From: Chiloscyllium plagiosum
Taxonomy: Eukaryota
Direction of reading: 5' to 3'
Assembly: GCF_004010195.1 (NCBI RefSeq)
Contig: NC_057740.1
Coordinates: forward strand, 33,138,165-33,193,681
Length of the DNA stretch: 55,517 nucleotides
The position numbers were made by a program, and so were the translations under genes. Shown here in pieces: positions 14,164-26,811 of the stretch. The stretch's first letter is position 1. Each line of letters starts with the position of its first letter. The notes below the pieces were generated by a model, which did no database searches, was not told the origin of the DNA, and worked only from the letters and a program-made list of their open reading frames with translations.

Positions 14164-14332
14164 TGTGTTTTTCTGTTGTGGTGCATGGCACCAGTTGCAT
14201 GGAATGGTTCTCAAATGATCTATAATCGAATTATCCGTCCTCTATTCCTCAAACATCATGCCACTGTGGATAGTGTTGTCAATAACCTCAGTGGGAAAGC
14301 TCTGGATGCAGCAGAAAACCTGACGAGAGAGG
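14164..14332 (+). CDS. REEP6: REEP6 exon 4 ([56 protein letters not shown])
   Basis: Acceptor tttgtttcatgcag, 169 nt, phase-1 donor GAG G|GTGAGT. WNG and LSGKALDAA are REEP6-type rather than REEP5-type. Confidence 0.97.
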
Positions 14333-15144
14333 GTGAGTAGAATATAACTGGAGAATGGAGCCCTAGTGTAATGATGCTCTACTGTGTTCCAGGGCAGATA
14401 AAGTGGAGAGTTGGTCACAGGAAAAAGAGTAGAACTGAAGTTGTCCCAACTTAAGTAAGGACGTTTTACTAAATCAGCTTTGCTATGATTGTGATGAATT
14501 CTTAATGCTGTGCATGGCCTTGATTCCCAGATATCAATAAAGTTTGATAAATTCACAAACTACCAGTGCCTCCTGGAATATTTTCAAAGTTTATTTGAAA
14601 CGCCTAAATTGTTCGTATCTCAGAATTATGCAGTCATTTGCCATTTAGATTAAACCTTTTTTAAATGCTTCCTGCCAAAGTGAACAACCTCATTTTTAAT
14701 ACACAAGACTCCATTTGTCAAACACCTTCATTTTTTTTTTTCCCTTAACCAATGTAGATTCCTCTGCATCCTTGTCATATTCTCAATATTTCCAGCTTAC
14801 CTTTGTGTCACCTCTAAATTTAACCACCGAGCTTTTGATCCCCCTCATCTCAGTAATTTTTCTCAAATGTGAAAAACATGTCAGTGCCTCACAATAAATG
14901 TGCAGTACACCTTTTAAGGGATATGAATATTATGTGTTTACATAATCTATAGTGAGATGAATGGTCTGAAGATCTGTCTCTATTTGACTAAGTCCTCTTG
15001 CAGCATGATATGTTGAGGGAAGTGTGTTACAGTATATTGAAATTGCTGAACTTGAGCAGAGACATGAGTTCCCATGTGTGCAATGTGTAAATGTTGAGAG
15101 CTGAAGTAAATTTCGTTTGAATTCTTCAGTTTCTGGTTCATACC

Positions 15145-15800
15145 ACCTTGAAGGTGGAGTCACAGCTAGACAGACAGGGTAGTGAAGAAGGCATTTGGTA
15201 CAAGTGCACTGGTCAATAAAAGGCAATGAGTACAGGAGTTGGGATGTCATGTTGCAAATGTACAGGACATTTGTTAGACCCTTTTTGGAATACTTGTTCA
15301 TTTCTGGTCTCCCTGCTATAGAAAAGATGTTAAAATTTGAAAGGGTGCAGAAAAGATTTACAAGGATATTGCTGGGGTTGGAGGGTTTGAGCTTTCAAGA
15401 GAGGCTGAATAGTCTGGAATTATTTTCCCTTTGTAGGCCAAGATGACCTCTTAAGGTTTGTAAAATCATGAACGGCATGGATAAGGTGAATAGCCAAGGT
15501 CTCTTTGCCAAGTTAGGGGAGTCCAAAACCAGAGGGCATAGGTTTCAGATGAGAGGGGAAATATTTAAAATGGACCTAAAGGGGCAACCTTTTCACGCAG
15601 AGGGTGGTATGTGTATGTAATGAGCTGCCAGAGGAAGCGGTGGAGGCTGGTACAACTAACAGCATTGAAAAGGCAGGTGGGTATATGAATAGGAAGGGTT
15701 TAGAGGAATAATAGCCAAATGCTGGCAAGTGGGACTGGACTATTTTAGGATATAAAGTTGGACTAAAGGGTCTGTTTCTGTGTTGTAGAACTCTGACTCT
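15145..15800 (+). mobile_element. CR1-type LINE 3' fragment
   Basis: ORF segment EYRSWDVMLQMYRTFVRPFLEY...ERVQKRFTR; homologous to the other copies. Confidence 0.9.
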
Positions 15801-16074
15801 GTTAGAGTTAATATTTATCTTGCCTCATCGCTGCAAATCATCAGAACCCTGCTGACCACACTGGCCACATTCTGCCAATTTGAAAAAGATGCACATATAC
15901 ATACTGTTTTGTCAGCTCGCTAATCTTTTCTCTTCTATTATCCTTGCAACATTGGTTCCTACTTTGCACAATAACATTTCACATGTAACTTTGCCAAATG
16001 TCTGAAAATACAGGTAAGTACATAAGTGGGCATGTTAATTTGAGTGTGCCAATATATTAGTTACACGTGATTAA

Positions 16075-16985
16075 TCAAAGGAACTTGCAGATGATGGTGT
16101 TCCCATCTATCTGCTTCCCTTGTTCTTCTAGGTGGTGGAGATTACATGTTTGGAAGGTGCTGCCAAAGGAGCATAGGTGACTTGCTATAACATCTTTTGT
16201 ATAAGAAGCAGTACTATATTTGGTGATGCATTTTGCCATTGAGTCAATGGTAGAGGGAGTGAACTTTTTGAAAGTAGTGGATGGGGTGCTGCTCAAGACA
16301 ACTTTGTCCTGGATGGTGTTATGCTTCTTGAGTGTTACTGGAGTTGCATTCATCTAGACCAGTGGAGAATATCCTATCACACTCCTGATTTGTAGATTGT
16401 AGATGGTGGAAAGACTTTGGAGAGGTTAGGATGTTAGTTATTTTCTGTAGGTATCTCTACCTCTGAACTGCTGTTGGTGCACCACATTTATATAGCTGGT
16501 CTGGTTTAATTTCTGGTTGTTAGTAATCTCAAGGATGTTAGTGGGGGATTCAGGGACAGTAATTCCATTTGAATGTCAATGGGGAATGGTTGGATTATTG
16601 GTTTGAAATGGTCACTGTATGTATGATGTGAATGTCACTTGCAATTTATCAGTCCAAGCCTGGGCCTTCTCCAGGTCTTGCTCATATGTGGACACAGACT
16701 GCTGCAGTATCTGAGTCATGAATGATGCTGAATTTTGTGAAATCATCAGTGAACATGCTCACTTCTGGTTGTGTGACTGAGGAAAGCTTATTGATGAATC
16801 GGCAGAGGATGGTTGGCTGATAACACTACCATATTCAGATGTCCTGGGATTGATATGTATGACCTTCAATAACTCCACCATCTATGCTAGGTCCAACTCC
16901 AACCAGTGGACATTCTTCCTCTTATTTGTATGGATCCCAGTTTTGCTCAGACACTTGTCAAATGCTGCCTTGATGGCTCTGACCC
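16075..16985 (-). mobile_element. Old non-LTR retrotransposon remnant of a different LINE family
   Basis: Degenerate minus-strand RT-type coding (TIQDK-like and DIKAAFD-like segments); clade not assignable by eye. Confidence 0.55.
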
Positions 16986-17781
16986 TAATTGCTCAGTTGA
17001 CATACTGTTCAACCAGCAGTACCCTGTACTATAATTGACTCAAAATCTGATTCTATTTTGCTATATTACACACAAATATCCTATTTGATTCTGTTCCTAA
17101 CCCATTACTCCTTTTAAAAAGCACTAAAAAGTCATTGAGACCATTTAATGCTCCCAACCATGTCTGTCTAGGCCAAGATTGGCTAATTCAATTCAAATGA
17201 ATTGCTAGTCTGTAAGAAGTGCTATATTTTGTGATGTATTTTGCCATTGAGTCATTATTGTCGTGTTGATAGCATGCATTTGAGTTGAAGTTTGATGCTG
17301 AAACAAATTTTCCTTAAAATAAGGAAGTCTGTTTATATCTGAATGTGATGCTAGTTTATATTTTTGTAGTATCTCTGGTTTGTGATGAATTGCATAAAAG
17401 ATGATCTTTAATAATAGATTTGTTTATTTCTAGCTTTTCAAGGATTAATGCTTTTTAAAACCATTTAGGAAGAAAATTAGTGATCTGATTTGGCATCAAA
17501 TTGAGTCTGTGGTATGGTTCAAAATCTTTTTTAAATGCTGCGATCACTCAAAACTGGCTTTGCATATCATAAGTATTTAAAATGGCTCAAATATTGCAAA
17601 ACCAGATGACATCAAATATTCTTCTCCCTCCATCCCCACTGCTACTTAACATTTTGATTGTCAATATTATATTAATAGTTTACTGTGTAAGTTAACCATT
17701 TGGTTTGGTCCATAAACTTGTGGGTTTTGAACGCATTATAGTAATTGCACAACTTCTGACTAGACTAAACACATACATGAA

Positions 17782-18493
17782 AGTGACAAATTTAAGTGAA
17801 GAATAACTGGGGGGGGGGGGGTGCAGAATAAAGAATTGATCAGTTTACTTTTAAATAAACTAGTTTCACATACATTTATGGAGTGGTCTAGTCCACCAAG
17901 CCAGCAGATCCAAAAAGTTAATAAGGAGACAGCCTAGAAAAAAATTCTTTAAAAATTATATTTATTATTAAAAGCAATTGTAAGGTGTCTGTGTTCCAGA
18001 TGTAATTTGATTGGTCTGCCACTAGGCTTTAAGCAAAGCATGCTTTGATCTTACTACACAGTTAAAATGCAAATGAAAAGAAGAACTGGCATAACTTTAT
18101 TGAAATAAGTAAGCTACTATGATTTAACCACTCATCCTCTATGCCAATATAGGCAGCATCCCATAAACACAACACATCATAACAAGGCAGTTTTTAGCAA
18201 AATAAGTTTATTCTCACATGCTGTCGTCTTTCTCAAATAGCTAGAGCTCTCTCTGCTGCTGGTTTCAAGCTGAAATCATCTCCCTAACTGAAATAAAATC
18301 TAGAAGTCTTTCTGGGTCTGAGAGGCTTGACCCCATTTGTTCATGCTTCTTTTGTCTTTTTAAGAAAATAGCACCCAGCGAGAATTCGAGATGTTAACCA
18401 ACTGCCTGTCTGAAGGAGAAATTTCAGTACCACTGTGGCAATACCTCTGCAAGAGGACCGAACATGTCTCTCTTTAAAGACAGTACTGTCACA
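17782..18493. mobile_element. Possible solo LTR
   Basis: Inverted termini (a)gtgaca...tgtcaca, ~710 bp, with an end (ctctctttaaag..cagtac) resembling the 39710 element. Confidence 0.3.
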
Positions 18494-18626
18494 CCACCTA
18501 TATTTTTTAAATAAAGAACCATCAACATATAAAGATCACTTCACTTTCCAAGCCTTTGGTCTCATGCTATTAGTACTCTCTATATACATTGTTTACATGT
18601 TTAGAGTTAGTATCTTCAATAATACA

Positions 18627-18960
18627 GGAAGAAAGTGAGGACTGCACGTGCTGGAGATCAGAGTTGGGTGTGTAGTGCTGGAAAAGCACAACCGGTCAGG
18701 CAACAGGAGAATTGACATTTCAGGCATATTCCTTTCTTCAGGAATGAGGCTTGGGGAAGGGGTTGGGGATGGGGCAACGTAACTGGGGATGTAATAGGTA
18801 GATGAAGGTGGGGGAGAAGGTGATAGGTCCGAGAGGAAGGTGGAGAGGATAGATGGGAAAGACACCCTTCCTGATGAAGGGCTTTTGCCCAAAACTTCGA
18901 TTCTCCTGCTCCTCGGAAGCTGCCTGGCCTGCTGTGCTTTTCCAGCACTACACTCTCTTG
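18627..18960. mobile_element. Inverted pair of PLE terminal repeats with degenerate hammerhead cores
   Basis: Minus copy 18627-18745; plus copy ctgatgaagggcttttgcccaaaac at 18871. Confidence 0.8.
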
Positions 18961-19499
18961 AAACATTCAATAATACACATTCAGTCTATTCCAGTCATTT
19001 CTTCTATCTCCAAACACAACATCCATCATTCGTCAAACTTGTGACAATGCATCAGCAATTACTTTCTCTTGACCTGTCATGTGTGTAATTTTTAAATGTA
19101 ACCACTAACCATGAACTGCATCTAATTGGTCTGGTATTTTTATCCACAAATTTCAACCTCTAACTTTTTTGTTGTTATGATCAGTGTACACAATTGTCTC
19201 CGATACGTTACTGGCAACATGAATGTTGAACTGTTACAACACCAAGCTCCGGGATCTTCTCTGGAATATTTCTTTTGATCAACTTTCTGGAAACCATTCC
19301 AGCCCCACTGCAACAGAAACCAGTCAGAACATATCTGAAAGGCACAGTACTATCATATGTAACAGGCTGGAAGTTTCTATGACAGTTGGTGGGCAGTTTG
19401 CTTCCAGTTCCATGTAAAAGCTACACTGAAACAACTTCTAAAAGTTATTGAGAACTTGTCTGTGCGCATAGATGCACTTCTCATTTTCAATGATGCAAC

Positions 19500-19735
19500 T
19501 AATTGATTCCATGTGGTTGGAGGGTCCCAAGATGAAAGATGAGGTGTTCTTCCTCCAGGCATCAGATGGTAAGGGTTTGGCGATGGAGGAGGCCCAAGAC
19601 CTGCATGTCCTTGGCAGATGGGAATTAGTGTTCCGCTAGGGGATGATGAGGTTGTTTTTGAGTGTGTCCTGGAGATGTTCTCTGAATTATTCCGCAAGGA
19701 CCCTCCAACCACATGGGATCAATGTGGAGAGGAAG
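19500..19735 (-). mobile_element. PLE fragment with short inversion
   Basis: gattccatgtggttggagggtcc is inverted as ggaccctccaaccacatgggatc at ~19698-19720. Confidence 0.5.
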
Positions 19736-20189
19736 GATGCTGGGGTGTGCCTGAGGTTGTTTGAAAGGCAAACTTCAAAAAAAAGTTTCCCGATGGAGAC
19801 TACTTCACAATACTAGAAACTTTATAAAAAGCTGTCCTGACCCCATGTTTATTGCAGAGTTAGCCAGGTAAGGAGTATCTAGTGTGGGCCTGTGACTGGG
19901 ACGAGCCAGCACTCTTAAAGTATTCCCAGTTGAAATGGGATTGGGAATCTATATTCACCTGCCATTTTGAAAAAGCTCCTGAGTCATCCAAGCTTGGCAA
20001 GAATCCAAACCAAGATATGGGTTTCAGAAATTTACTTCAGGTAAAATCAATAACTCAACATAGGCAGTGTTAAATTGCATTTATCCAATGTTTGAATGTT
20101 TATTTGCTGTGCTAAATGCAGTGATCTGAAATTTAATTCAGGCAGCTCTTTATAATTTTGTATCTTTTTTATTTTGTTTTTTGCTTTAG

Positions 20190-20263
20190 TCTTACAGACA
20201 TTATGTAGCAGCAAGAAGTTCGTAAGGACAGATGCAGGACCTAAACCATTACCTAATGTGTCT
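20190..20263 (+). CDS. REEP6: REEP6 alternative exon, REEP6.1-like (VLQTLCSSKKFVRTDAGPKPLPNVS)
   Basis: Long U-tract acceptor ttttgttttttgctttag, phase-1 compatible with exon 4. VLQTL resembles the start of the mammalian retina-enriched exon 5 (VLQVL, recalled). Best donor is TCT|GTATGT at 20263; alternatives at 20221 and 20267. Confidence 0.7.
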
Positions 20264-21532
20264 GTATGTAACAAAATAGGCCGGGGCTTCTGTTAGACCA
20301 GACAGTGATACTTTTTTGGATTATCATGACTTTTTTTTTCTAATTGGATCACATGGATTATATCTGCTCCAGCATTATTGAGAAATATGGTGTATGTTTG
20401 AGGTTTTTTCTCTTCTGCAACAGCCACATTTAAGATGGTCTGACAGAACATGACTCTTCCCACTTTTGAAGTGTTAAGATCAAATTAGCATCCTGAAATC
20501 AAAATTGTGACTGTAGAGAATAAGATCAATTGCTTTCCTCATTTTGGGTCACAGCACTGTTACTTAGCATATAAATTCAAATCATTAGAAAAATTGATTC
20601 TTAAACACAAAGATGAATTCCATTTGAATATTCTAAAATTAATCACAAAAACACATGACGACTGGTCTCCTACTCTTCCTTTGGTTTTCCATCAAATGTC
20701 ATGATAATCCAAATTCCCCTTTAGCTGACAACCTGCTGTCCATTTTTTTGTAATTTTGTTAGTTTCCATCAGCTCTTGTCCCTGTATTTTATAGCTTACA
20801 TTTTATGATCCCTTTTAAATGCTATTTTCAGCTATATCACAATTTATAAATCTTTGTAATATGTTGCTCATCTAGAAGTAATGCATTTTTCTTATTATAA
20901 TTGAAAGATTGATAGTAATAACTTAGTGTATTAATTTAGTCTTCACTAAGAGCCTTGCTTCTATCGCTGTCCTTTTACCATTTTTAACTGAGTGCCAATC
21001 ATCCACAGAGTATGAAAAAGCTACAAGTGGGGCAGCAGAGTTGGCTTTTAGAAAGAACAACTCTCCTATAAGATGATTGCTCTATCTGTCAGATGACAGT
21101 TTTTAGTTTTTTTTACAAAAATACAGTTGGTGCTTGCTAAAAGAATTAGGCTTCCAATCACTGCATCCAGTTTTTGTTCCTGTGGCATTTTTTTTTAATA
21201 AAAACTGCTTTTTTTGTATAACCTAAGGTTTCTAGTGTTCTCAAGTCAGCACTAGCATTCTCAATGCAGGACAAGTAGGAAAATGTGCAAATCTACCTAT
21301 GCCAATTAGCAATGGTGTTTTGCAATGTACAGATAAATGGAATGCCACCACATATTTTTTATTTTAAAAGGAACTTAATATCACCTGAGGCAATTACCTT
21401 CTGATGAAAGTTAGATGAGAAATGTTCTTGATTATTGACGCAAACGATTCTGTGACTTGGTAATAAAATTTATAAATACTTATTTGGCAGCCAATTTTCA
21501 CATTCATTCCAACTTTCTTTTCAAATTAATAG

Positions 21533-21544
21533 GAAAGAAAATTG
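21533..21544 (+). CDS. Candidate 12-nt microexon of REEP6 (GAAAGAAAATTG)
   Basis: Acceptor ctttcttttcaaattaatag, perfect donor TTG|GTAAGT, frame-preserving. No homology support. Confidence 0.3.
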
Positions 21545-23060
21545 GTAAGTTTTTTTTTCAAATACAAAGCATTGTTGCTTCACCTGGTGACCAAATGTTT
21601 GGAGCTGTCCTGCATTGGGGTTGATGTCCTAGATAGTTCTCTACTGGGACACTGTTTATTCTGTAATATCAAGCTTCCTTTTTCTAGGCTCATGTTTACA
21701 CTTCCTGACCCCTGTGATCCACTCCACACCGTCATCACCATCACAAACCCTCTTTTCTGTAACATATTGCTGAACATGTGATTAGCCAACTGCTGCTTTT
21801 TGATGAATTTCACCTGCATAAATTTATTTGTAAGTGAAGATAAACTGCAATGAGGTACTAAAAGTAGAATGTTAAACTTTAGAATATGAAGTTGCATAAA
21901 TATTTAAGTGGATTCTGATCAGGTTTCTGCACATTGCATCAAATGTGATGTTGATGTTTGTTTGCATCAAAGCCTACCAGGACTTTTGGAACCACAAGAT
22001 TTCTTCAAATGTAGTTATGATTGGATGTTTAAATTTTGTTTGTTTGTTATCACTTAACATCTCAGTGGACAAAGTCTAAAGTATTCACCATAAAATACCC
22101 ATTGTTCAAATGGTACTTAATAAAAACTTCAGGGCAGCCAACTATACTTATTTTGCAGCAAATATGGTGACCTACTTTGAAACCAATTCTTTCGTGAATG
22201 ATGTTGCCCTTTAACACAAGATGCATTATGTTTTGTAATTTTGTTGATAAGTTGATGTTTAATTGAATTGCTTTTTGTTTGTAAAAAAATGAGCTCCAAC
22301 CTATGCTGCTCATTGAGGCTTATACAGCAAATTCATTCATAAATGACCGGGTTTCAAACTTCACTTTTATTTACCTTTTTACCTTCGTCCTCCTAAGTAC
22401 CCTACTTAAGCTTCACTCCCCAATTTTCTGCGGAATTGATCTGAGAGGAGAGGCTTTATCCATGTTGCTAACAACAAATTTGTGTCGTTTTATGTCTTAA
22501 GTGTTTATGTATATGTTTCTGGTCAATTTTTTAAAGTTGCTTTATCCTACATTTTCAGACATTTTATTTTTGCGTTTGCCTTGACACTCACCCTTTTTGG
22601 TGTAACTTTTAAATATGACACATAGACATTAAACTGTATAATGAGTGTGGTAGGCAGGATCCACAACAAATGAGAATTAGAGCAGCATGGAATTGAATTT
22701 TAGATTTTACTATAATCTGTTATAAATTAAAAGAATAGTAACTGGAAGTAATTATTAACCACAACCCCCTCCATAAAAGTCAAATTTCACATGGATGAAC
22801 AGAAAATCTAGGAAAAAGAAAAGCAAACAAATAATTTTGAGCAGCAGCATTCCAGTTTTTGTATCACTAACATCTTACTTTGTAATATGTTTTCCATCGT
22901 TTTTATGAAGGAAAAACAGCTGAAATAGTATGGGTCATTGATCAGTAAGCTTTAGTAGAGCTAGTACAATACTTGATCAGCTTGTTGGTAGAAATGGGAT
23001 GTGTATGTATCCTGTTCTGTAACCTTTTATCTTTCCTTTTTTGCTGCTCAATGCCTTTAG

Positions 23061-23100
23061 AGTGAGCTGTCAGTAGATTGATAACAGCATACCCTTGCGG
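23061..23100 (+). CDS. REEP6: Candidate REEP6 cassette exon carrying the long-isoform stop (SELSVD*, TGA 23079-23081)
   Basis: Long pyrimidine tract with TGC motifs ending tttag, perfect donor CGG|GTAAGT, phase 0 matching the 20263 donor. Confidence 0.55.
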
Positions 23101-24338
23101 GTAAGTTGAACCTGGTATATAGAGTAATCCAATATTCTATCTGAGCCGAGCATTTAATTTGAGGGTTTTTTCAAAAAGAAGCATCAAATCCCATCCCTCT
23201 CCGTCCCCATTCTTCCCTGACCACCACCTCCCCTGCAATCTGTGTTCAAATGTGTTATTGTTACATTTCACTTGCTAGAATATACAAACACACTCACTTT
23301 AGGCTAATGCTAATCCAGTCATCCAAACAAAACTTTTTTGAATTATGCTTATTGTGGTAAATATTGACATGCAGGTCATTAATCTGATACTGTCTTTAAT
23401 TTTACTTAAGTCTATTTCATTTTTGATTGAAGCTCCACAGCCTGGTATTTCCTGTGTGTTAGATACACACATTGCGAGTGCAAACAAATCAAGACTGAAA
23501 GGTTTGGAGTTTTGGGTGTGATTGACTTACAAGTGCCAATACAGCGCACAGTTTTTTTTAACATCCATACATCTGTCAAATCATGACTCAGCTCTCCAAT
23601 GTGAGTTTCAGCCAATTACACATGTTCAAGGAGATCTCTGAACATTTTGCAACCAGATTTCAGCCAAGACTTTTAAAAGATCATTCTCATGGTCTTAGTT
23701 TTGAACAGAGACCTATTCACATTTTTGTTTTGGTTTCCTTTGGTATTCTTTTATTAATTGTGTATAATTTATTGCACTTAAATTTAAAAAGCTTTTGAAT
23801 AAGTGTTACTCTCTGTTTTAAGTGATTTTAAGAAATGGACTGGGTTTTAATTTTCTGAGGCTTTACTTGTTTGTAATGTCTTAAGCTGGTCGTTTTTAAA
23901 GTTTTTTTTTGATTTATATTCTAAGGCAAGTAGTAATCCATTGCTTATGATCAAGGAGGAACCTTGAGGTCGGTCTTTTGCCTCTTGGAAGTTTTGTTAA
24001 AAGTTTTATTGCTGGATGTGTTCTCTGCCTGACATTAGTTTTGTTCTCTTCAGAGTGTAGCTTTTCTTTGTTTCATAAATTCTTTTGGCTATTTTTAATA
24101 GCCTCCCTTTTCAGCTTGGAACAAAACTTAAACTGAAGTTTAAGCACCAGATTAATATTTCTAATGTGATATCAAGATTGGAAAGCAGGAAAAATATTTT
24201 GTCTGGTGATCAGTAATCAGAAAAAGTATTTTATTTTAGCATTCAAAAAATTCAGTGCCCTACCGATTCCTTTGTTCTTCCCTAAACTTTCACCTGTATA
24301 ATGGTCCCTTTTATACTAATTGATCTTCTTTATTTCAG

Positions 24339-24376
24339 CAATGAAAATATATCTTGAAAAAGACAAGAATAACTGA
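24339..24376 (+). CDS. REEP6: REEP6 terminal coding exon (AMKIYLEKDKNN*)
   Basis: Branch-like tactaat plus pyrimidine tract and tttcag, phase 1. Total CDS is 555 nt (184 aa), the recalled length of the human short isoform. KDK near the C-terminus as in mammalian REEP6. Confidence 0.8.
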
Positions 24377-25000
24377 CGTCTACAGAGTGAACAGGCAGCC
24401 TGCAAGATCAAGATACTGATCAACAGAAGAATTGCTGAAATTGATTGAAAAGCAACAATTTACTTAAAGTCACTGGTTAATCAGCATCTGATAAAAGATT
24501 GGACATTCGTTTTCCAAGTGGTATCCTCCATTGAAATCAGAAATTTTTCTTTCCTCTTTCTCAGATGCTGATCCTCTTTCTCTTTGTCATATTTTCCATT
24601 TCTAATTTGGATCCAGCCAGTTTTCTAGGTTATGTAAGTGATGTGCAGCAAGACCTTTATTGAACTGTCTGGAAAAAAAATCATTTTGTAACAACTGTGT
24701 GTTCTGGTCATTCCCATTTAGATTGCACATGATCCTGTACTTTCATTCCAATCTTTTACAGTTTTTATTGGGTGGCGAGGACACAGAACATTATAGCGCA
24801 GTACAGGCCCACCAGCCCTTGATGTTGCACTGACCTGTGAAACCAATCTGAAGCCCATCTAACCTACACTATTCCATTTTCATCCATGTCTATCCAATGG
24901 CCATTTAAATGCTCTTAAAGTTGGCGAGTCTACTATTGTTGCAGGCAGGGTGTTCCACATCCCTACTACCGAGTAAAGAACCTACTTCTAACAACTGTCG

Positions 25001-25335
25001 TCATAGAATCCCTACAGTGTGGAAACAGACCCTTCGGCCCACCAAGTCCACACTGACCCTGCAAAGAGTAACCCACCTCCACTTATAGGGTAGGGGAATA
25101 TTTACCTCTACTAATGCATCTAACCTACACATCCCTGAACACTATGGGCAATTTAGCATGGCTAATTCACCTAACCTGCACATCTTCTGGTTCTCCAGTT
25201 TCCTCCCACAATCCAGAGGAAACACACCCTGACATGGGGAGAACGTGCAAACTCCACAGTTGCCTGATGTTGGAATTGAACCTGGGTCCCTGCCACTGAG
25301 GTAGCAGTGCTAACACTGAGCCACCATGCTGTCCC
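25001..25335 (-). mobile_element. HE1-type shark SINE
   Basis: On the minus strand, tRNA-like A/B boxes (ggtggctcagtg...ggttcaattcc), V-domain gagtttgcacgttctcccc and a CR1-like tail. Confidence 0.88.
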
Positions 25336-25681
25336 GTATCTAGCATCACTCAAATTAAAGCTATGTCACCTCTTGCTAGCTATCACCATCCAAGGAAAAA
25401 GGCTCTCACTGTCCACCCTCTCTGATCATCTTTGTATGTCTCTAAAGTGACCTCTCAACTGTCTTCTCGAATAAAAACAGCCTCCAGTCCCTTTATAGGG
25501 AAAGGCTAAGACCATACCTCCATACCAGGCAACATCCTGGTAAATCTCCTCTGCACCCTTTCCAATGCTTCCGCATCCTTCCTCTTAATGTGGCAACCAG
25601 AACTGTACACAAAACCTTTGGTGCAGCTGTAACATGATCTTGTGGCTCTGAAACTCAATCCCTCTATCAATAAAAGCTAAC

Positions 25682-25950
25682 AAAGTTTGGGAGAAGATTT
25701 GTAGCTTGGGTGCTCGTTGTTGTGGTTCTGTTCACCGAGCTGGGAATTTGTGTTGCAGACGTTTCATCCCCTGTCTAGGTGACATCCTCAGTGCTTGGGA
25801 GCCTCCTGTGAAGCGCTTTGGTGATGTTTCCTCCAGCATTTATAGTGATTTGTATCTGCCGCTTCCGGTTGTCAGTTCCAGCTGTTAGGTCCAGGTCAAT
25901 GTGATTGAATCTGTGGATGAGTGCCATGCCTCTAGGAATTCCCTGGCTGT
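25682..25950 (-). mobile_element. PLE 3' fragment with intact hammerhead-like core on the minus strand
   Basis: Reverse complement reads cactgaggatgtcacctagacaggggatgaaacgtctg (~25756-25793). Confidence 0.85.
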
Positions 25951-26811
25951 TCCCAGGGAGGATTTGTCTCCTCTTTCACACTACCAAGAATCTTACCATT
26001 AGCCTAATACTCCCTTTGTATTACTCCTTCCAAAATGAATCCCCTCACCGTTTTAAACTCCATTTGCCATCTCTCAGCCCACGTCTGCAGCTTATCTATG
26101 CCCCTCTGTAACCCGGAACATCCTTCCACACTATCCACAACTTCACTGACCTTTTGTCATTGCAAATTTACCAACCCATCCTTCTACGCCTTCATCCAAG
26201 TCTTTTATAAAAAATGACAAACAGCAGTGGACCCAAAACACATCCTTGCGGTACACCATTAGTAACTGAACTCCAGGATGAGCATTTCCCATCAACCTCC
26301 ACCCTCTGTCTTTCAGCTAGCCAATTTCTCATCCAAACTGCGAAATCACCCTCAATCCCATGCCTCTGTGTTTTGTGCAATAGCCTACCATGGGAAGCCT
26401 TATCAAACGCTTTACTGAAATCCATATACACCTCATCATCCTCTTTACCCTCGTCCATAAGTAAGATAAATAAATATATACACGTACATACAAAAAACAG
26501 CAAGCAGGTTAGAGAGAAACCACAGATTGAATATTGAAGCAGCTTGGTTTTCAAAAGTTAATGCTCACGATTCAGAATATGTAATTGTTGGGTTAAAATT
26601 CAACATGATTACAAACATTCTCCGTAGAATTAGCTGGCAAAATAGCACGTTTGTCCAATTATGTATTTGATTAGTTTGACCAGAGACAAGTAATTAAAGA
26701 TTGAAAAGGTCATTTCTTGTTACTTGAATGATGGCTAGATTTGCAACAAGATCCTTCTAACATATTTGAAAAGGCGAGGTAATTGGACAATAGGCACTCA
26801 ACACTGGAATC

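Larger units (their letters stand above)
24780..26455 (-). mobile_element. CR1-type LINE with nested HE1 SINE and PLE fragment
   Basis: RT motifs VYMDFSKAFDK and GVPQGCVLGPLLFVI in ORF 26192-26554. Confidence 0.9.

Noticed and set aside
15900-16019. Perfect donor CAG|GTAAGT at ~16013
   Set aside because: No matching acceptor gives an open, REEP-compatible frame.
20424-20453. Alternative terminal exon after the acceptor ttttttctcttctgcaacag
   Set aside because: The products (PHLRWSDRT* or ATFKMV*) show no resemblance to REEP tails, and 23061 and 24339 fit better.
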